Shown here piece after piece: positions 13,404 through 23,492 of a DNA stretch of 64,000 nt. The DNA lies in assembly GCA_963804645.1 (NCBI GenBank), contig CAWDRG010000015.1, positions 192,001 through 256,000 of the forward strand, written 5' to 3'. Origin of the DNA: an uncultured Bacillota bacterium. GTDB lineage: Bacteria > Sysuimicrobiota > Sysuimicrobiia > Sysuimicrobiales > Segetimicrobiaceae. A program made the position numbers and the translations under genes. The notes beneath the pieces were generated by a model that made no database searches, was not told the DNA's origin, and was given only the letters and a program-made list of their open reading frames with translations. Every line of letters starts with the position of its first letter. The first letter of the stretch is position 1.

Positions 13404-14882
13404 ATGGGCAACCCGCTCTATCCATCCCTTTATCAAATCAATACGCGCGTCCGGATGACGGAGCTGTCCGGGGCGCTGGGGCGGCCCGCCACGCTGGACG
13501 ATCTGCCGGACGCCGACCTGGACCGCGCGGCCGAGATGGGGTTCGACTGGATCTGGTTCCTGAGCGTGTGGCGCACCGGGCCGGCCGGCCAGCAGGTGTC
13601 GCGCACCAATCCCGAGTGGCGTCGAGAGTTCGAGGAGACGCTGCCGGACTTGCGCGACGAGGACATCGGCGGATCCGGCTTCGCGATCACCGGTTACACC
13701 GTGCACCCCGACCTCGGAGGCGATGCGGCGCTGGCCCGGCTGCGCGAGCGCCTCAGGGCGCGTGGCCTGCGGCTGATGCTCGACTTCGTCCCCAACCACA
13801 CCGCCCTGGATCACCCCTGGGTGGAGGACCACCCTGAATATTACATCGCCGGGACAGACGTGGATCTGGCGCAGGTGCCCCAGAACTACCAGCGGGTGCC
13901 GCGGACGCGGGGCGATCTCGTACTCGCGTATGGCCGCGACCCGTACTTCGCCGGCTGGCCGGACACGCTGCAGCTCGACTACAGCGGTCCAGCCACGCAG
14001 GAGGCCATGATCACTGAACTCCTGAAGATCGCCGGGCAATGCGACGGCGTGCGCTGTGACATGGCCATGCTCGTCCTCCCGGACGTCTTCGAGCGGACCT
14101 GGAGCCGCAGGGCGCCTCTGTTCTGGCCGGAGGCGACGCAGCGAGTGCGGCAGCGGGTACCGGGTTTCTGCTTCATGGCCGAGGTCTACTGGGACCTCGA
14201 ATGGACGATGCTACAGCAGGGGTTCGATTACGCCTACGACAAGCGGCTGTACGATCGATTGCGCGACGGGCAGGCGGGGCCGGTACGCGAGCACCTGCTG
14301 GCCGGGCTCGACTACCAGAACAAGCTCGCCCGTTTCCTGGAAAACCACGACGAGCCTAGGGCGGCGGCGACCTTCGCGCCGGGCGTGCACGAGGCCGCGG
14401 GCGTCATCACGTATCTGTCCCCGGGGCTGCGGTTCTTCCATCAGGGGCAGTTCGAGGGGCGCCGGACGCGCATCTCGCCGCACCTGGTCCGCGCGCCGCT
14501 GGAGCCGCCCGATCCGGTGCTGGGCGACTTTTACCGCCGACTCCTGGCAGTGATCCGGCAGCCGATCGTCCGCGATGGGCAGTGGCGCTTGCTCGAATGC
14601 GCCCCGGCGTGGGACGGCAACTGGACGTGGGGGTGCTTCGTCGCCTGGTCCTGGGACGAGCAAGACGGCCAGCGGCGGGTGATGGTCGTCAACTATGCCG
14701 GGAACCAGAGCCAGTGCTATGTGCGTCTCCCGCTTCCCGAGCTGAGCGGCCATACGGTGCGATTCAAGGATCTGATGGGTCCCGCCAGCTACGATCGCGA
14801 CGGAAGCGAGCTTTTGTCACGGGGTCTCTATCTCGACCTGCCTCCGTGGGGCTACCACGTGTTCGAGGTGACCGCCGCGTGA
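13404..14882 (+). CDS. Alpha-amylase family (GH13) glycosidase
   Basis: LMLDFVPNHT, DGVRCDMAML, AEVYWD, RFLENHDEPRAA catalytic regions. Confidence 0.9.
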   Translation: MGNPLYPSLYQINTRVRMTELSGALGRPATLDDLPDADLDRAAEMGFDWIWFLSVWRTGPAGQQVSRTNPEWRREFEETLPDLRDEDIGGSGFAITGYTVHPDLGGDAALARLRERLRARGLRLMLDFVPNHTALDHPWVEDHPEYYIAGTDVDLAQVPQNYQRVPRTRGDLVLAYGRDPYFAGWPDTLQLDYSGPATQEAMITELLKIAGQCDGVRCDMAMLVLPDVFERTWSRRAPLFWPEATQRVRQRVPGFCFMAEVYWDLEWTMLQQGFDYAYDKRLYDRLRDGQAGPVREHLLAGLDYQNKLARFLENHDEPRAAATFAPGVHEAAGVITYLSPGLRFFHQGQFEGRRTRISPHLVRAPLEPPDPVLGDFYRRLLAVIRQPIVRDGQWRLLECAPAWDGNWTWGCFVAWSWDEQDGQRRVMVVNYAGNQSQCYVRLPLPELSGHTVRFKDLMGPASYDRDGSELLSRGLYLDLPPWGYHVFEVTAA

Positions 14883-15187
14883 CGCGCTGGGTGCGGGTGA
14901 CGATTCACGCGCTTCCCCCCACCGGGGTCAAACATGTTCACCGCGGGACTGGGCGGCAGTACCCAGTAGGAGAAGACAGTGAGGAGTACATGAGACCTGA
15001 AAGACACCACGACGGACTGTGGGCCGGAGAACCTGATCGACCGGCCGAAGCGCACGATACACCCGCCGGGGCGCGACGCTCAGCGATCTGTGGATAACGT
15101 GCACGCGTCAAGATGCCGAGCATCTCGGCCCCATAGGAGACATGTCAGAAGTCGTACACCGGCGACCCCGGGGGAGGAAACACAGCC

Positions 15188-15400
15188 ATGAGAATTGTGA
15201 TCGACCTAAATCGATGCCAGGGATACGCGCAGTGCGTCCCGCTCGCGCCGACTGTCATCAAACTGAACGGTGAAGAAGCGGTCATGTACGACCCTAACCC
15301 CGACGACTCGCTCCGCCAGCAGGTCCTGCGAGCCGCGGCGTCTTGCCCGGTGCAGGCGATCCTGGTGGAGCGGCTCGACGAGAAAGAAGAGGCGTCATGA
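15188..15400 (+). CDS. Ferredoxin (3Fe-4S type)
   Basis: CQGYAQC...CPVQAI; RBS ggagg. Confidence 0.9.
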   Translation: MRIVIDLNRCQGYAQCVPLAPTVIKLNGEEAVMYDPNPDDSLRQQVLRAAASCPVQAILVERLDEKEEAS

Positions 15401-16800
15401 AGAACTCGCCCCTCGTCGCGGACCTGGTCACCGAATTCAAGACGAACGGCCGGATCGTCATCGTCGGCGCATCCCTGGCTGGGCTCCGGGCAGCGGAAGC
15501 TTTGCGTGACGAGGGCTTCAACGGAACGCTGACCATTATCGGAGATGAGAAACACGAGCCGTACGATCGTCCCCCACTCTCCAAGCAGGTGCTGAAGGGG
15601 TGGGTGCCGGCCGACCACACCAAGCTTCCGCGCGCGCGCACCATCGATGCGGAATGGCGGCTCGGCGTGGCCGCCACCGGCCTCGACCGAGTCAGCAAGC
15701 AGGTGCGTTTGGCCAACGGCGACCAGGTTCCGTTCGACCGCCTGCTGATCGCCACCGGCACGCGCGCGCGGCCGTGGTTCAACCCGAAGGAGGCTGCGCT
15801 GACGGGCGTGTTCACCGTGCGCACATCTGATGACGCGGCCCAACTGCAGGCGGCGTTGGCGGCCGGACCGCGGCGGGTCCTGATCATCGGGGCCGGCTTC
15901 ATCGGCTCGGAAATGGCCTCGGTCTGTCGCGAGCTCGGTCTCACCGTGACGGTCGCCGAGCGCGGCGCGGCTCCGCTGGTCGGCGCGCTCGGAGGTGTGA
16001 TCGGCGACATCGCCGCCGAGATGCAACGGGACCACGGCGTCGACCTCCGCACCGGCGTGTCCGTCGAGGCGCTGGAGGGAGATGCGAAGGGACACGTGCG
16101 GCGCGCCCGCCTCTCCGACGGGACGACGCTCGACGTCGACGTCGTGGTGGCGTCGCTCGGTTCGCTCCGCAACACCGAATGGCTGGAAGGGGCTGGGCTC
16201 GCCACGGGCTTTTGGGGCGTCGCCTGCGACGCGGGCTGCCGCGTCTTCGACATCCACGGGGTGGTGACCGACAGCATCTTCGTCGCGGGCGACATCGCGC
16301 GCGCTCCCCACGTGCTGTACGGGTACCAGTTTCTTTCGCTGGAGCACTGGGACAATGCCGTCTTCGGCGCCAGGGTCGCGGCGCACAACATGGTGAGCCT
16401 TGAGGCCGACCGCCGGCCGCACCTCCCGCTGCCCGCCTTCTGGTCAGGACAGTTCGGCGTCAACATCAAGGGCGTCGGCGTGGCCCCCTTCGGCGATGAG
16501 ATCGTCTTTACGCAGGGCTCCGTCAAGGACCGCCGCTTCGCCGCCGCGTATGGCCGCCGGGGCCGCATCGTGGCCGCCGTCACGTTCAATCACGGCAAGT
16601 GGCTGGAGTATTACGGGGCGTTGATCGAGCGATCGGCTCCGTTCCCGCCCCCACCGCCGGGCTATGATCAGGCGGGCGACATGAAGCCAATCCCGGCCCG
16701 GTTCCCGGATCCGCGCGTCCCGACGGCGATTCCGGACGTCGTCTTGACCGGCCACGACCCGACCGAACGCGGCGCGGAGTACCGGCCGAAACAGCGCTGA
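15397..16800 (+). CDS. FAD-dependent ferredoxin reductase
   Basis: VGASLAG, PYDRPPLSK, IGAGFIGSE, EHWDNA, FWSGQFG; overlaps ferredoxin stop (ATGA). Confidence 0.9.
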   Translation: MKNSPLVADLVTEFKTNGRIVIVGASLAGLRAAEALRDEGFNGTLTIIGDEKHEPYDRPPLSKQVLKGWVPADHTKLPRARTIDAEWRLGVAATGLDRVSKQVRLANGDQVPFDRLLIATGTRARPWFNPKEAALTGVFTVRTSDDAAQLQAALAAGPRRVLIIGAGFIGSEMASVCRELGLTVTVAERGAAPLVGALGGVIGDIAAEMQRDHGVDLRTGVSVEALEGDAKGHVRRARLSDGTTLDVDVVVASLGSLRNTEWLEGAGLATGFWGVACDAGCRVFDIHGVVTDSIFVAGDIARAPHVLYGYQFLSLEHWDNAVFGARVAAHNMVSLEADRRPHLPLPAFWSGQFGVNIKGVGVAPFGDEIVFTQGSVKDRRFAAAYGRRGRIVAAVTFNHGKWLEYYGALIERSAPFPPPPPGYDQAGDMKPIPARFPDPRVPTAIPDVVLTGHDPTERGAEYRPKQR

Positions 16801-16860
16801 CGGGTGCGCGAGACTGCACGGCGCCGACGATGACACGATGAACGAGGAGGAGAGAGGAAC

Positions 16861-18135
16861 ATGATGACGCCTGAGACCGCCTACGCGGAGGCGATGAAGT
16901 TCGAACACCGCGCCAACCCGTACCCGTTCTTCGACGAGCTCCGGAAGACGCCGGTGGCGCGCGTGGCGAACGGCCTGTACGCCGTCACAGGCTATTGGGA
17001 GCTCTTGACCCTCGCCCATGATCCCAGGGTGAGCTCCGACATGAGTCACAGTCCGCTGGCGGCCAAGCCGGCAGGCAGGGCCACCGCCGCGCCCACTGCC
17101 GAGGCCGAGCAGATGAAGGCGTACGGGGACCGGAAGACGATGATCACGTCAGACCCGCCCGAGCACGACCGAATGCGCCGCCAGGCGATGCGGCAGTTCG
17201 GCCCCCCCCACACGCCGGACCTCATTCCGAGTATGGAAGGGGATATCCGGCGGCTCTGCGACACGCTGCTTGATACGGCCAAGGGGAAGACCAGGATCGA
17301 CATCGTCGACAATTTCGCCTATCCGGTGCCCGTGGCCGTGATCTGCAAGATCCTCGGCGTGCCCCCCGAGGACGAACCCACCTTTCATGGCTGGATCCAG
17401 GACTTTATGGCAAGTCTGGACGTGGGCCCGGAAGCAGTTACCGAAGAGGGAAAGGTCCGCGCGGAGAAGGGCAAGGCAAGCAGGGCCGCGCTCTTCCAGT
17501 ACCTGACCGAGCTGGTCGAGCGCTTCGCTCGAGAGCCCGGTGACGGCATCCTCTCGAAAATGGTGAACGACGACGGTCCCGACGGACGCATGTCGCCCGG
17601 GGAGGCTACGTCCAACGCCATGCTGCTGCTCGTCGCCGGTCACGATTCCACGGTCAACACGATCGCCCACTGCGTGCTGACCGTGCTGCGGAACCCCGGG
17701 ACCCTCGACCTCCTGCGCCGCCGGCCGCAGCTGATCCCCGGCGCCATCGAGGAGGTCCTGCGTCTCGAGTCGGCGGTCCAGCTCTGGCCCAGCAAATCCG
17801 CTCTGGCCGACATCGAGATCGCCGGGACGGTCATCCCGAAGGGGTCGGCGGTCTTCCTGTTGTACGGCGCGGCGAACCGCGACCCGAAGCGGTTCCTCAA
17901 CCCGGAACAATTCGACCCCGAACGCAAGGACAATGAGCACTTCGGCTGGGGCAGCGGCATCCATACGTGCTTCGGCGGTCCGCTCGCGCGCCTCGAGGTG
18001 AACTGCGCGTTGGAAACCTTCGTGCGCCGCGTGGAGAACCCGCGGCTCGTCGTCGACCCGCCGCCGTACCGCCAGAGCAATGTCTTTCGCGGCCCGAGAC
18101 ACCTGTTGGTCGACTTCGATCGAATCAGAGATTAA
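16861..18135 (+). CDS. Cytochrome P450
   Basis: DPPEH, AGHDST (I helix), EEVLR, heme motif WGSGIHTCFG. Confidence 0.95.
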   Translation: MMTPETAYAEAMKFEHRANPYPFFDELRKTPVARVANGLYAVTGYWELLTLAHDPRVSSDMSHSPLAAKPAGRATAAPTAEAEQMKAYGDRKTMITSDPPEHDRMRRQAMRQFGPPHTPDLIPSMEGDIRRLCDTLLDTAKGKTRIDIVDNFAYPVPVAVICKILGVPPEDEPTFHGWIQDFMASLDVGPEAVTEEGKVRAEKGKASRAALFQYLTELVERFAREPGDGILSKMVNDDGPDGRMSPGEATSNAMLLLVAGHDSTVNTIAHCVLTVLRNPGTLDLLRRRPQLIPGAIEEVLRLESAVQLWPSKSALADIEIAGTVIPKGSAVFLLYGAANRDPKRFLNPEQFDPERKDNEHFGWGSGIHTCFGGPLARLEVNCALETFVRRVENPRLVVDPPPYRQSNVFRGPRHLLVDFDRIRD

Positions 18136-18146
18136 GGGGACAAACC

Positions 18147-19184
18147 ATGCGGGCATTCCAGTTCGTCAAAGCGCAGGAGCCGGCCGAGCTCCGCGAGGTA
18201 CCGGTTCCCACGCCGGGTCCGGGCCAGGTTCTGGTCAAGATCGGGGGCGCCGGCGCCTGCCATTCCGACCTGCACATCCTCGAGGCCCCTCCGAAGCCCG
18301 GGCCGACACCGCCCCCGTTCACCCTCGGTCATGAGAACGCCGGCTGGGTCGAAGAACTCGGCCCAGGTACCGCGGGGCTTGCACCGGGTGACCCGGTGAT
18401 CGTCTACGGCCCCTGGGGATGCGGGCTGTGCATGAACTGCCGGGTGGGTAAGGAGAACTATTGCCAGAACCGCGGGAACATTAGAGCAGGCGGCCTCGGA
18501 GCCGACGGGGGCATGGCTTCCTACCTGCTCGTCCCGTCGGCGCGATTCCTCATTCCGCTGGGGACCCTCGATCCCCGCGATGCCGCCCCGCTCAGCGATG
18601 CCGCGCTCACCAGCTACCACGCCGTCAAGCGGTCACTCGACGTGCTAGGGGCGGGCTCGACCGCCGTGGTGATCGGGGCCGGCGGACTCGGCCAGATGGC
18701 CATCCAGGTGCTGCGGGCGCTGAGCGCGGCCGTTACGGTCGTCGCGGTGGATACCACGGCGGGCAAGCTCGAGATCGCCAAGCGCATGGGCGCGGACGAG
18801 ACGCTGCTCTCGGGCGACGAGGCGGTCACGCGCATCAAGGACATGACGCGTGGCCAGGGCGCCGAGCTCGTGCTCGACATGGTGGGTGTGAATGCCACGC
18901 TCCAGATGGCCGCGCAGGTCGCCCGCGCGCTCGGCCATTTGACGATCGTGGGGCTCGGCGGGGGCACGCTTCCCGTCAATTTCTTTACCTTGCCGCACGA
19001 GTGTTCGGTCGCGGCGCCGTATTGGGGCTCCATCTCCGAGCTGATGGAAGTCGTCAGCCTCGCCCAAGCAGGAAAGATCCACATGCTGGTCGAGCATTTC
19101 CCGCTGGAGCGAGCCGGGGAGGCGTACCGGCGCCTGCACGATGGGGAGATCCAAGGACGCGCCGTCATGACACCGAATGGGTGA
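18147..19184 (+). CDS. Zn-dependent NAD(P) alcohol dehydrogenase
   Basis: GACHSDLH, GHENAG, CGLCMNC...C, GAGGLG. Confidence 0.92.
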   Translation: MRAFQFVKAQEPAELREVPVPTPGPGQVLVKIGGAGACHSDLHILEAPPKPGPTPPPFTLGHENAGWVEELGPGTAGLAPGDPVIVYGPWGCGLCMNCRVGKENYCQNRGNIRAGGLGADGGMASYLLVPSARFLIPLGTLDPRDAAPLSDAALTSYHAVKRSLDVLGAGSTAVVIGAGGLGQMAIQVLRALSAAVTVVAVDTTAGKLEIAKRMGADETLLSGDEAVTRIKDMTRGQGAELVLDMVGVNATLQMAAQVARALGHLTIVGLGGGTLPVNFFTLPHECSVAAPYWGSISELMEVVSLAQAGKIHMLVEHFPLERAGEAYRRLHDGEIQGRAVMTPNG

Positions 19185-19339
19185 CGACGGCCGTTCGAAT
19201 CCAGCCCTGCGGGCCCAGGAAGAGGGCTGGGTCGACGGACTCGCAGATGCAACCGTTCAGGCAAGCCCCCGTCGATGGCCAACGCAATCGTAGGTATGTT
19301 TCGTGTTCTTGAATACGATCTCCCAAGGAGGGACTGCTC

Positions 19340-21037
19340 ATGAAAGTCATTATCGTCGGCGGTGTCGCCGGAGGGGCCTCGTGTGCGGCGCGCCTGCGCA
19401 GGCTGGACGAACGAGTGGAAATCCTGATGGTGGAGCGAGGTCCATATGTCTCGTATGCCAACTGCGGTCTGCCGTACTATGTCGGCGGGATTATCGAAAA
19501 GGAATCGAGCCTCCTCGTCGCCGATGCAAACACGTTCCGCTCCCAGTTCGCCGTCGACGTGAGAACCGGTTGCGAGGCCGTCGGGATCTCGCCGGACAAG
19601 AAGACCATCGATCTGCGCAACGTCGCGACCGGTGAGGTCACGACCGAGTCCTATGACAAACTCGTGCTGTCGCCGGGAGCACCGTCGGTCCGTCCGCCCT
19701 TGCCGGGCATCGACCTCCCCGGAATCTTCCAGCTGCGGACCGTGCCCGACGCGAGGGCGATCCGCGAGTGGATCGAACAAGGCTCCTTGTTCCTCTCCGG
19801 GATGGACAGGTACTCGGGCTTCCAGACGGTGAGGCCGAAGACCCGTGCGGTGGTGGTCGGGGGCGGGTTCATCGGCCTTGAGACCGCGGAAAACCTCGTG
19901 CATCGCCGGTTCGAGGTCACCCTCGTGGAAATGCTCGATCAGGTCCTGGCGCCGCTCGATCCGGAAATGGCGCGCCTCATCGAGGCGTATGTCGAGCAGC
20001 ACGGAATGCGTCTGGCGCTCAATGACGGAGTGGCCGGGTTCAAGCCGGCGGCCAACGGTGCGGTCGATGTACTCACCAAATCCGGGAAGACGTATCCGGC
20101 CGACATCGTGATCCTCGCGCTCGGCGTGCGCCCGGACACCGTGCTGGCGAAGAAGGCCGGTCTGACGATCGGCGACCTCGGGGGAATTCGCGTCGACGAT
20201 CAGATGCGCACGAGCGAGCCGGATATCTTCGCCGTCGGCGACGCGGTCGAAGTCAAGGACTTCGTGACCGGCGAGTGGAGCCTCATCGCGCTCGCCGGAC
20301 CGGCGAACCGGCAGGGCCGCATCGCGGCCGACGTCATCGCCGGGCGCGAGTCCCGCTTCCGCGGCAGCCAGGGCACCTCGATCATCGGACTCTTCAATGG
20401 GGCGGCTGCCTGGACCGGGGCCAGCGAAAAGACGCTCAAACGAATCGGCGACACAGATTTCGAGAAGATCTACCTCTACCCGAATTCGCATGCGGGATAC
20501 TACCCAGGTGCCAAGCCGATCGCGATGAAGGTTCTCTTCCGGAAATCCGATGGGCGCCTCCTGGGCGCGCAGGCGCTCGGCGAGGATAACGTGGACAAGC
20601 GGGTGAGTGCGCTGGCCATGGCGCTTCAAATGGGCGCAACGGTCTACGATCTCGAGGAAGCCGAGCTGTGCTACGCACCCCAGTTCGGAAGCGCGAAGGA
20701 TCCGGTCAACTTCGCCGGGATGGTCGCCGCGGATGTGCTTCGGGGCGACATGCCACTCAGCCACTGGGATTCCGCCGAGAAGGCATTCCTCCTCGACGTG
20801 CGCGATCCCGTGGAGCTCGCCGTGGAACAGGCGCCGGGCGCGGTCAACATCCCGCTCGGTCAACTCCGGGCGCATCTCGGAGAGCTCCCCCGCGATCGGG
20901 AGATCCTGGTCATCTGCCGGTCCGGCCAGCGCGCCTACTCCGCGACGCGGATTCTCTTGCAGAAGGGGTTCAAAGCCAGAACCCTCGCCGGAGGCATGCT
21001 GTCGCGAGCCCAGGTGGAAACCTTTTGGGAGAATTGA
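19340..21037 (+). CDS. CoA-disulfide/persulfide reductase with C-terminal rhodanese domain
   Basis: GGVAGGAS, SYANCGLPY, YAPQFGSAKDPVN, rhodanese LDVR...ICRSGQRA. Confidence 0.92.
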   Translation: MKVIIVGGVAGGASCAARLRRLDERVEILMVERGPYVSYANCGLPYYVGGIIEKESSLLVADANTFRSQFAVDVRTGCEAVGISPDKKTIDLRNVATGEVTTESYDKLVLSPGAPSVRPPLPGIDLPGIFQLRTVPDARAIREWIEQGSLFLSGMDRYSGFQTVRPKTRAVVVGGGFIGLETAENLVHRRFEVTLVEMLDQVLAPLDPEMARLIEAYVEQHGMRLALNDGVAGFKPAANGAVDVLTKSGKTYPADIVILALGVRPDTVLAKKAGLTIGDLGGIRVDDQMRTSEPDIFAVGDAVEVKDFVTGEWSLIALAGPANRQGRIAADVIAGRESRFRGSQGTSIIGLFNGAAAWTGASEKTLKRIGDTDFEKIYLYPNSHAGYYPGAKPIAMKVLFRKSDGRLLGAQALGEDNVDKRVSALAMALQMGATVYDLEEAELCYAPQFGSAKDPVNFAGMVAADVLRGDMPLSHWDSAEKAFLLDVRDPVELAVEQAPGAVNIPLGQLRAHLGELPRDREILVICRSGQRAYSATRILLQKGFKARTLAGGMLSRAQVETFWEN

Positions 21038-21235
21038 TCCAACCCACACGAAGGAACACCACACCGGCGGGCAGCATTGTGGCGCGGGAATGACACCCAT
21101 CGGGATCGACAGACTCTACGTCGACACGAGCCGGTCGGGGAGATCCAGGGGACGAGTACCTTGCCCCTCGCCATGGGGTTGCGCGACGGGATTACGCCCG
21201 GTGCTCCGGTTACACCGGAGTAGGAGTGCCTGCAC

Positions 21236-23287
21236 GTGTTCACCGGCAGTTTGGGCGCGCGCATGCAGTTGATCCGCTGCAGAAAACACCTGGGACGGGT
21301 GCTCGCGCTGAGCGTGTCGATCGTGCTGATCGGCACAGCCGTCGTGATGGGCGGTGCGTTGAACGCCGGAGGGACGCGGGTTTTCGGTGCCGCGGCATCG
21401 TCGCCGCTCGTTCTGAGCGAAGGTCGCGCGAGCGCCGCGCTTGACGCTGTTGAACCAGCGGTGAGCCCATTAGCCTGGCCCGCGCTGTCAGGCACCGCTC
21501 CCGCGCGTCCTACGATCTCCCTGGCCTTCGTCACCGCGAGTGGATCTTCGGGGCCGGCGCTCACGTTCGCGCCGCGCGATAGTGCCCCGGCGTCTCCCGT
21601 GACGGGGCCGGGACCCGCGTGGACCAGTATCCCGCGTGCGGGAGAGACCGCGGTCGCCGCGGTGCCCGGGACGCTGCCGGCGACGCCCAGCGTACCCACG
21701 TCATCGCAGTCCGATCAGTCCATCATCTCCGGGGTGCCGTTGCCTCGCGATGACGGCGAGAGCCTGCTGGCTCACAGTTCGTCGCTGAGCGTGGCTCCGG
21801 CGGCTCCTGACGAACAGGCGCACGAGGTGGACTTGGCGTGGCCGCTGACACCCCCGGTCTCCACTATTATGGGTGCGCCGTCTCAGCAGCACATCACGCC
21901 GACGGCCCTCATTTTGGCGGGGGCGCCGCTTGATCCGTTGCAAGCGCAGCAAGCTCCGTCAGCTAGTGTGTACGGTGGACCGCCGCTCGACCGTTCCACC
22001 CTAACCGGAAACTGGGGCGGTGCGCGGGACGATCTGGCGGCGCAGGGAATTATCGTGACGCCCTCCGTGACGCTCTTCTACCAGGGGGCGACCGCTGGCA
22101 ACACCGATCATGATTTCGTTGGTGGGGGCAAGGCCGAAATATTTCTCACTCTCGACTTAGCGAAGCTCGGGTTCTGGAGCGGCTTTTCGATGAAGGTGCA
22201 CGCTGAATACAATTTCGGCCAGACGCCGGGATTAGTCGGGGGGACGACCATCCCCAACAACGTGGCGATGACCGTTCCATACCTCAACGAGGCGGGCGGA
22301 GACATAACGAACTTCTCTTTCACGCAGCGATTCGGGTCGAACTTCACGCTGACAGCCGGCAAGATGAATATGTTTGATTTTTACGCCGCCGGGCATAAGT
22401 TCAGCGGCGGCCGCGGCATCGAGGAGTTTTGGAACACCGCGTTTGTCGGGCCGCCGAGCGGCATCGTCCCGGTGGCGGCGTTTGGTGCTATTGCTAATTT
22501 GAGAATCAGTCCGCTCGCGTACACCCTCATGGTCTACGATCCGAACGACGCGCTGAACCGCACCGGATTCGAGGATCCGTTCGGCGCGGGCGTAACTGTG
22601 AGAGGTTCTGTCGATGTGTCCAGCACGCTGTTCGGTCTCCCGCGCACGGATAGTGTCGCGGCCGCGGTAAGCAGTGAATGGGGTACGGACTACACCACCC
22701 TCCCGAATCTCGGTAAATTCGCGAATATACCGGGGTTTGCCAATTCCTTAGTCCACGCGTTTATCACCGAGGGGATGTGGGGCAACAATGCCCAAATGTT
22801 TCTCCCCCCTCAATTGCTGCAGACCTCTCCGTCGCAGAAGCAAGGGCGGTACTGGCTCGGCTATTCCTTCGAACAGACGCTCTGGCAGAGCCCGTCAGAC
22901 CCAACCAAGGCCTGGGGCGCGTTCGGACAGGTGGGGCTTTCCGACGGCAATCCTACCTTGTATCAGTGGTCGGCGTTGGGGGGAGTCGGCGGCACGGGTC
23001 TGTTCCCGGGACGGCCGAACGACAAGTTCGGTGTGGGGGTGTTCTACTACAGCTACAGCAGTGAGTTGGCACAGGCTCTGGCCCCGCTGGTGACGCTCGG
23101 TAACGAATACGGTGTCGAACTCTTCTACAACGTTGCTATTACGAAATGGTTCTGGGTGACGGCCGACCTTCAGGTCATTGCCCCAGCAATCACGGCCCAG
23201 GTCAACGCTCCTTCTCTCATCACTGCCACCGTGGTGGACAATTCCACCGTGGTGCTCTTAGGTCTGCGTGGACAGGTCACGTTCTAA
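21236..23287 (+). CDS. OprB-like carbohydrate porin with long Pro/Ala/Ser-rich N-terminal extension
   Basis: LTGNWGGARDDLAAQGI, GRPNDKFGVG, EYGVELFYN..ITKWFWVTADLQVI, terminal Phe. Confidence 0.8.
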   Translation: MFTGSLGARMQLIRCRKHLGRVLALSVSIVLIGTAVVMGGALNAGGTRVFGAAASSPLVLSEGRASAALDAVEPAVSPLAWPALSGTAPARPTISLAFVTASGSSGPALTFAPRDSAPASPVTGPGPAWTSIPRAGETAVAAVPGTLPATPSVPTSSQSDQSIISGVPLPRDDGESLLAHSSSLSVAPAAPDEQAHEVDLAWPLTPPVSTIMGAPSQQHITPTALILAGAPLDPLQAQQAPSASVYGGPPLDRSTLTGNWGGARDDLAAQGIIVTPSVTLFYQGATAGNTDHDFVGGGKAEIFLTLDLAKLGFWSGFSMKVHAEYNFGQTPGLVGGTTIPNNVAMTVPYLNEAGGDITNFSFTQRFGSNFTLTAGKMNMFDFYAAGHKFSGGRGIEEFWNTAFVGPPSGIVPVAAFGAIANLRISPLAYTLMVYDPNDALNRTGFEDPFGAGVTVRGSVDVSSTLFGLPRTDSVAAAVSSEWGTDYTTLPNLGKFANIPGFANSLVHAFITEGMWGNNAQMFLPPQLLQTSPSQKQGRYWLGYSFEQTLWQSPSDPTKAWGAFGQVGLSDGNPTLYQWSALGGVGGTGLFPGRPNDKFGVGVFYYSYSSELAQALAPLVTLGNEYGVELFYNVAITKWFWVTADLQVIAPAITAQVNAPSLITATVVDNSTVVLLGLRGQVTF

Positions 23288-23492
23288 CTCGACCAACATT
23301 CGTCCCGAATGAGGGGCGCATCTCGCCTTACGGGAGAGATGTCAACGCAAAGGTCCGGCGGCCTGAAGCGCGCTCGTGGTCACGTCTTCGTGCAGACGTG
23401 GAGTCGGCCGTAACGAACGCCACCTGCTACCGCATCAGTATGCGCGGTGAAGTTTCTACCGTGTACATCGCGTCACGCGAGGAGATGTCGAA

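Noticed and set aside
18614..21100. 828 aa antisense ORF over ADH/CoADR (likewise 11496-13031, 15145-16422, 59580-60950)
   Set aside because: Opposite well-supported genes; typical GC-rich antisense open frames.
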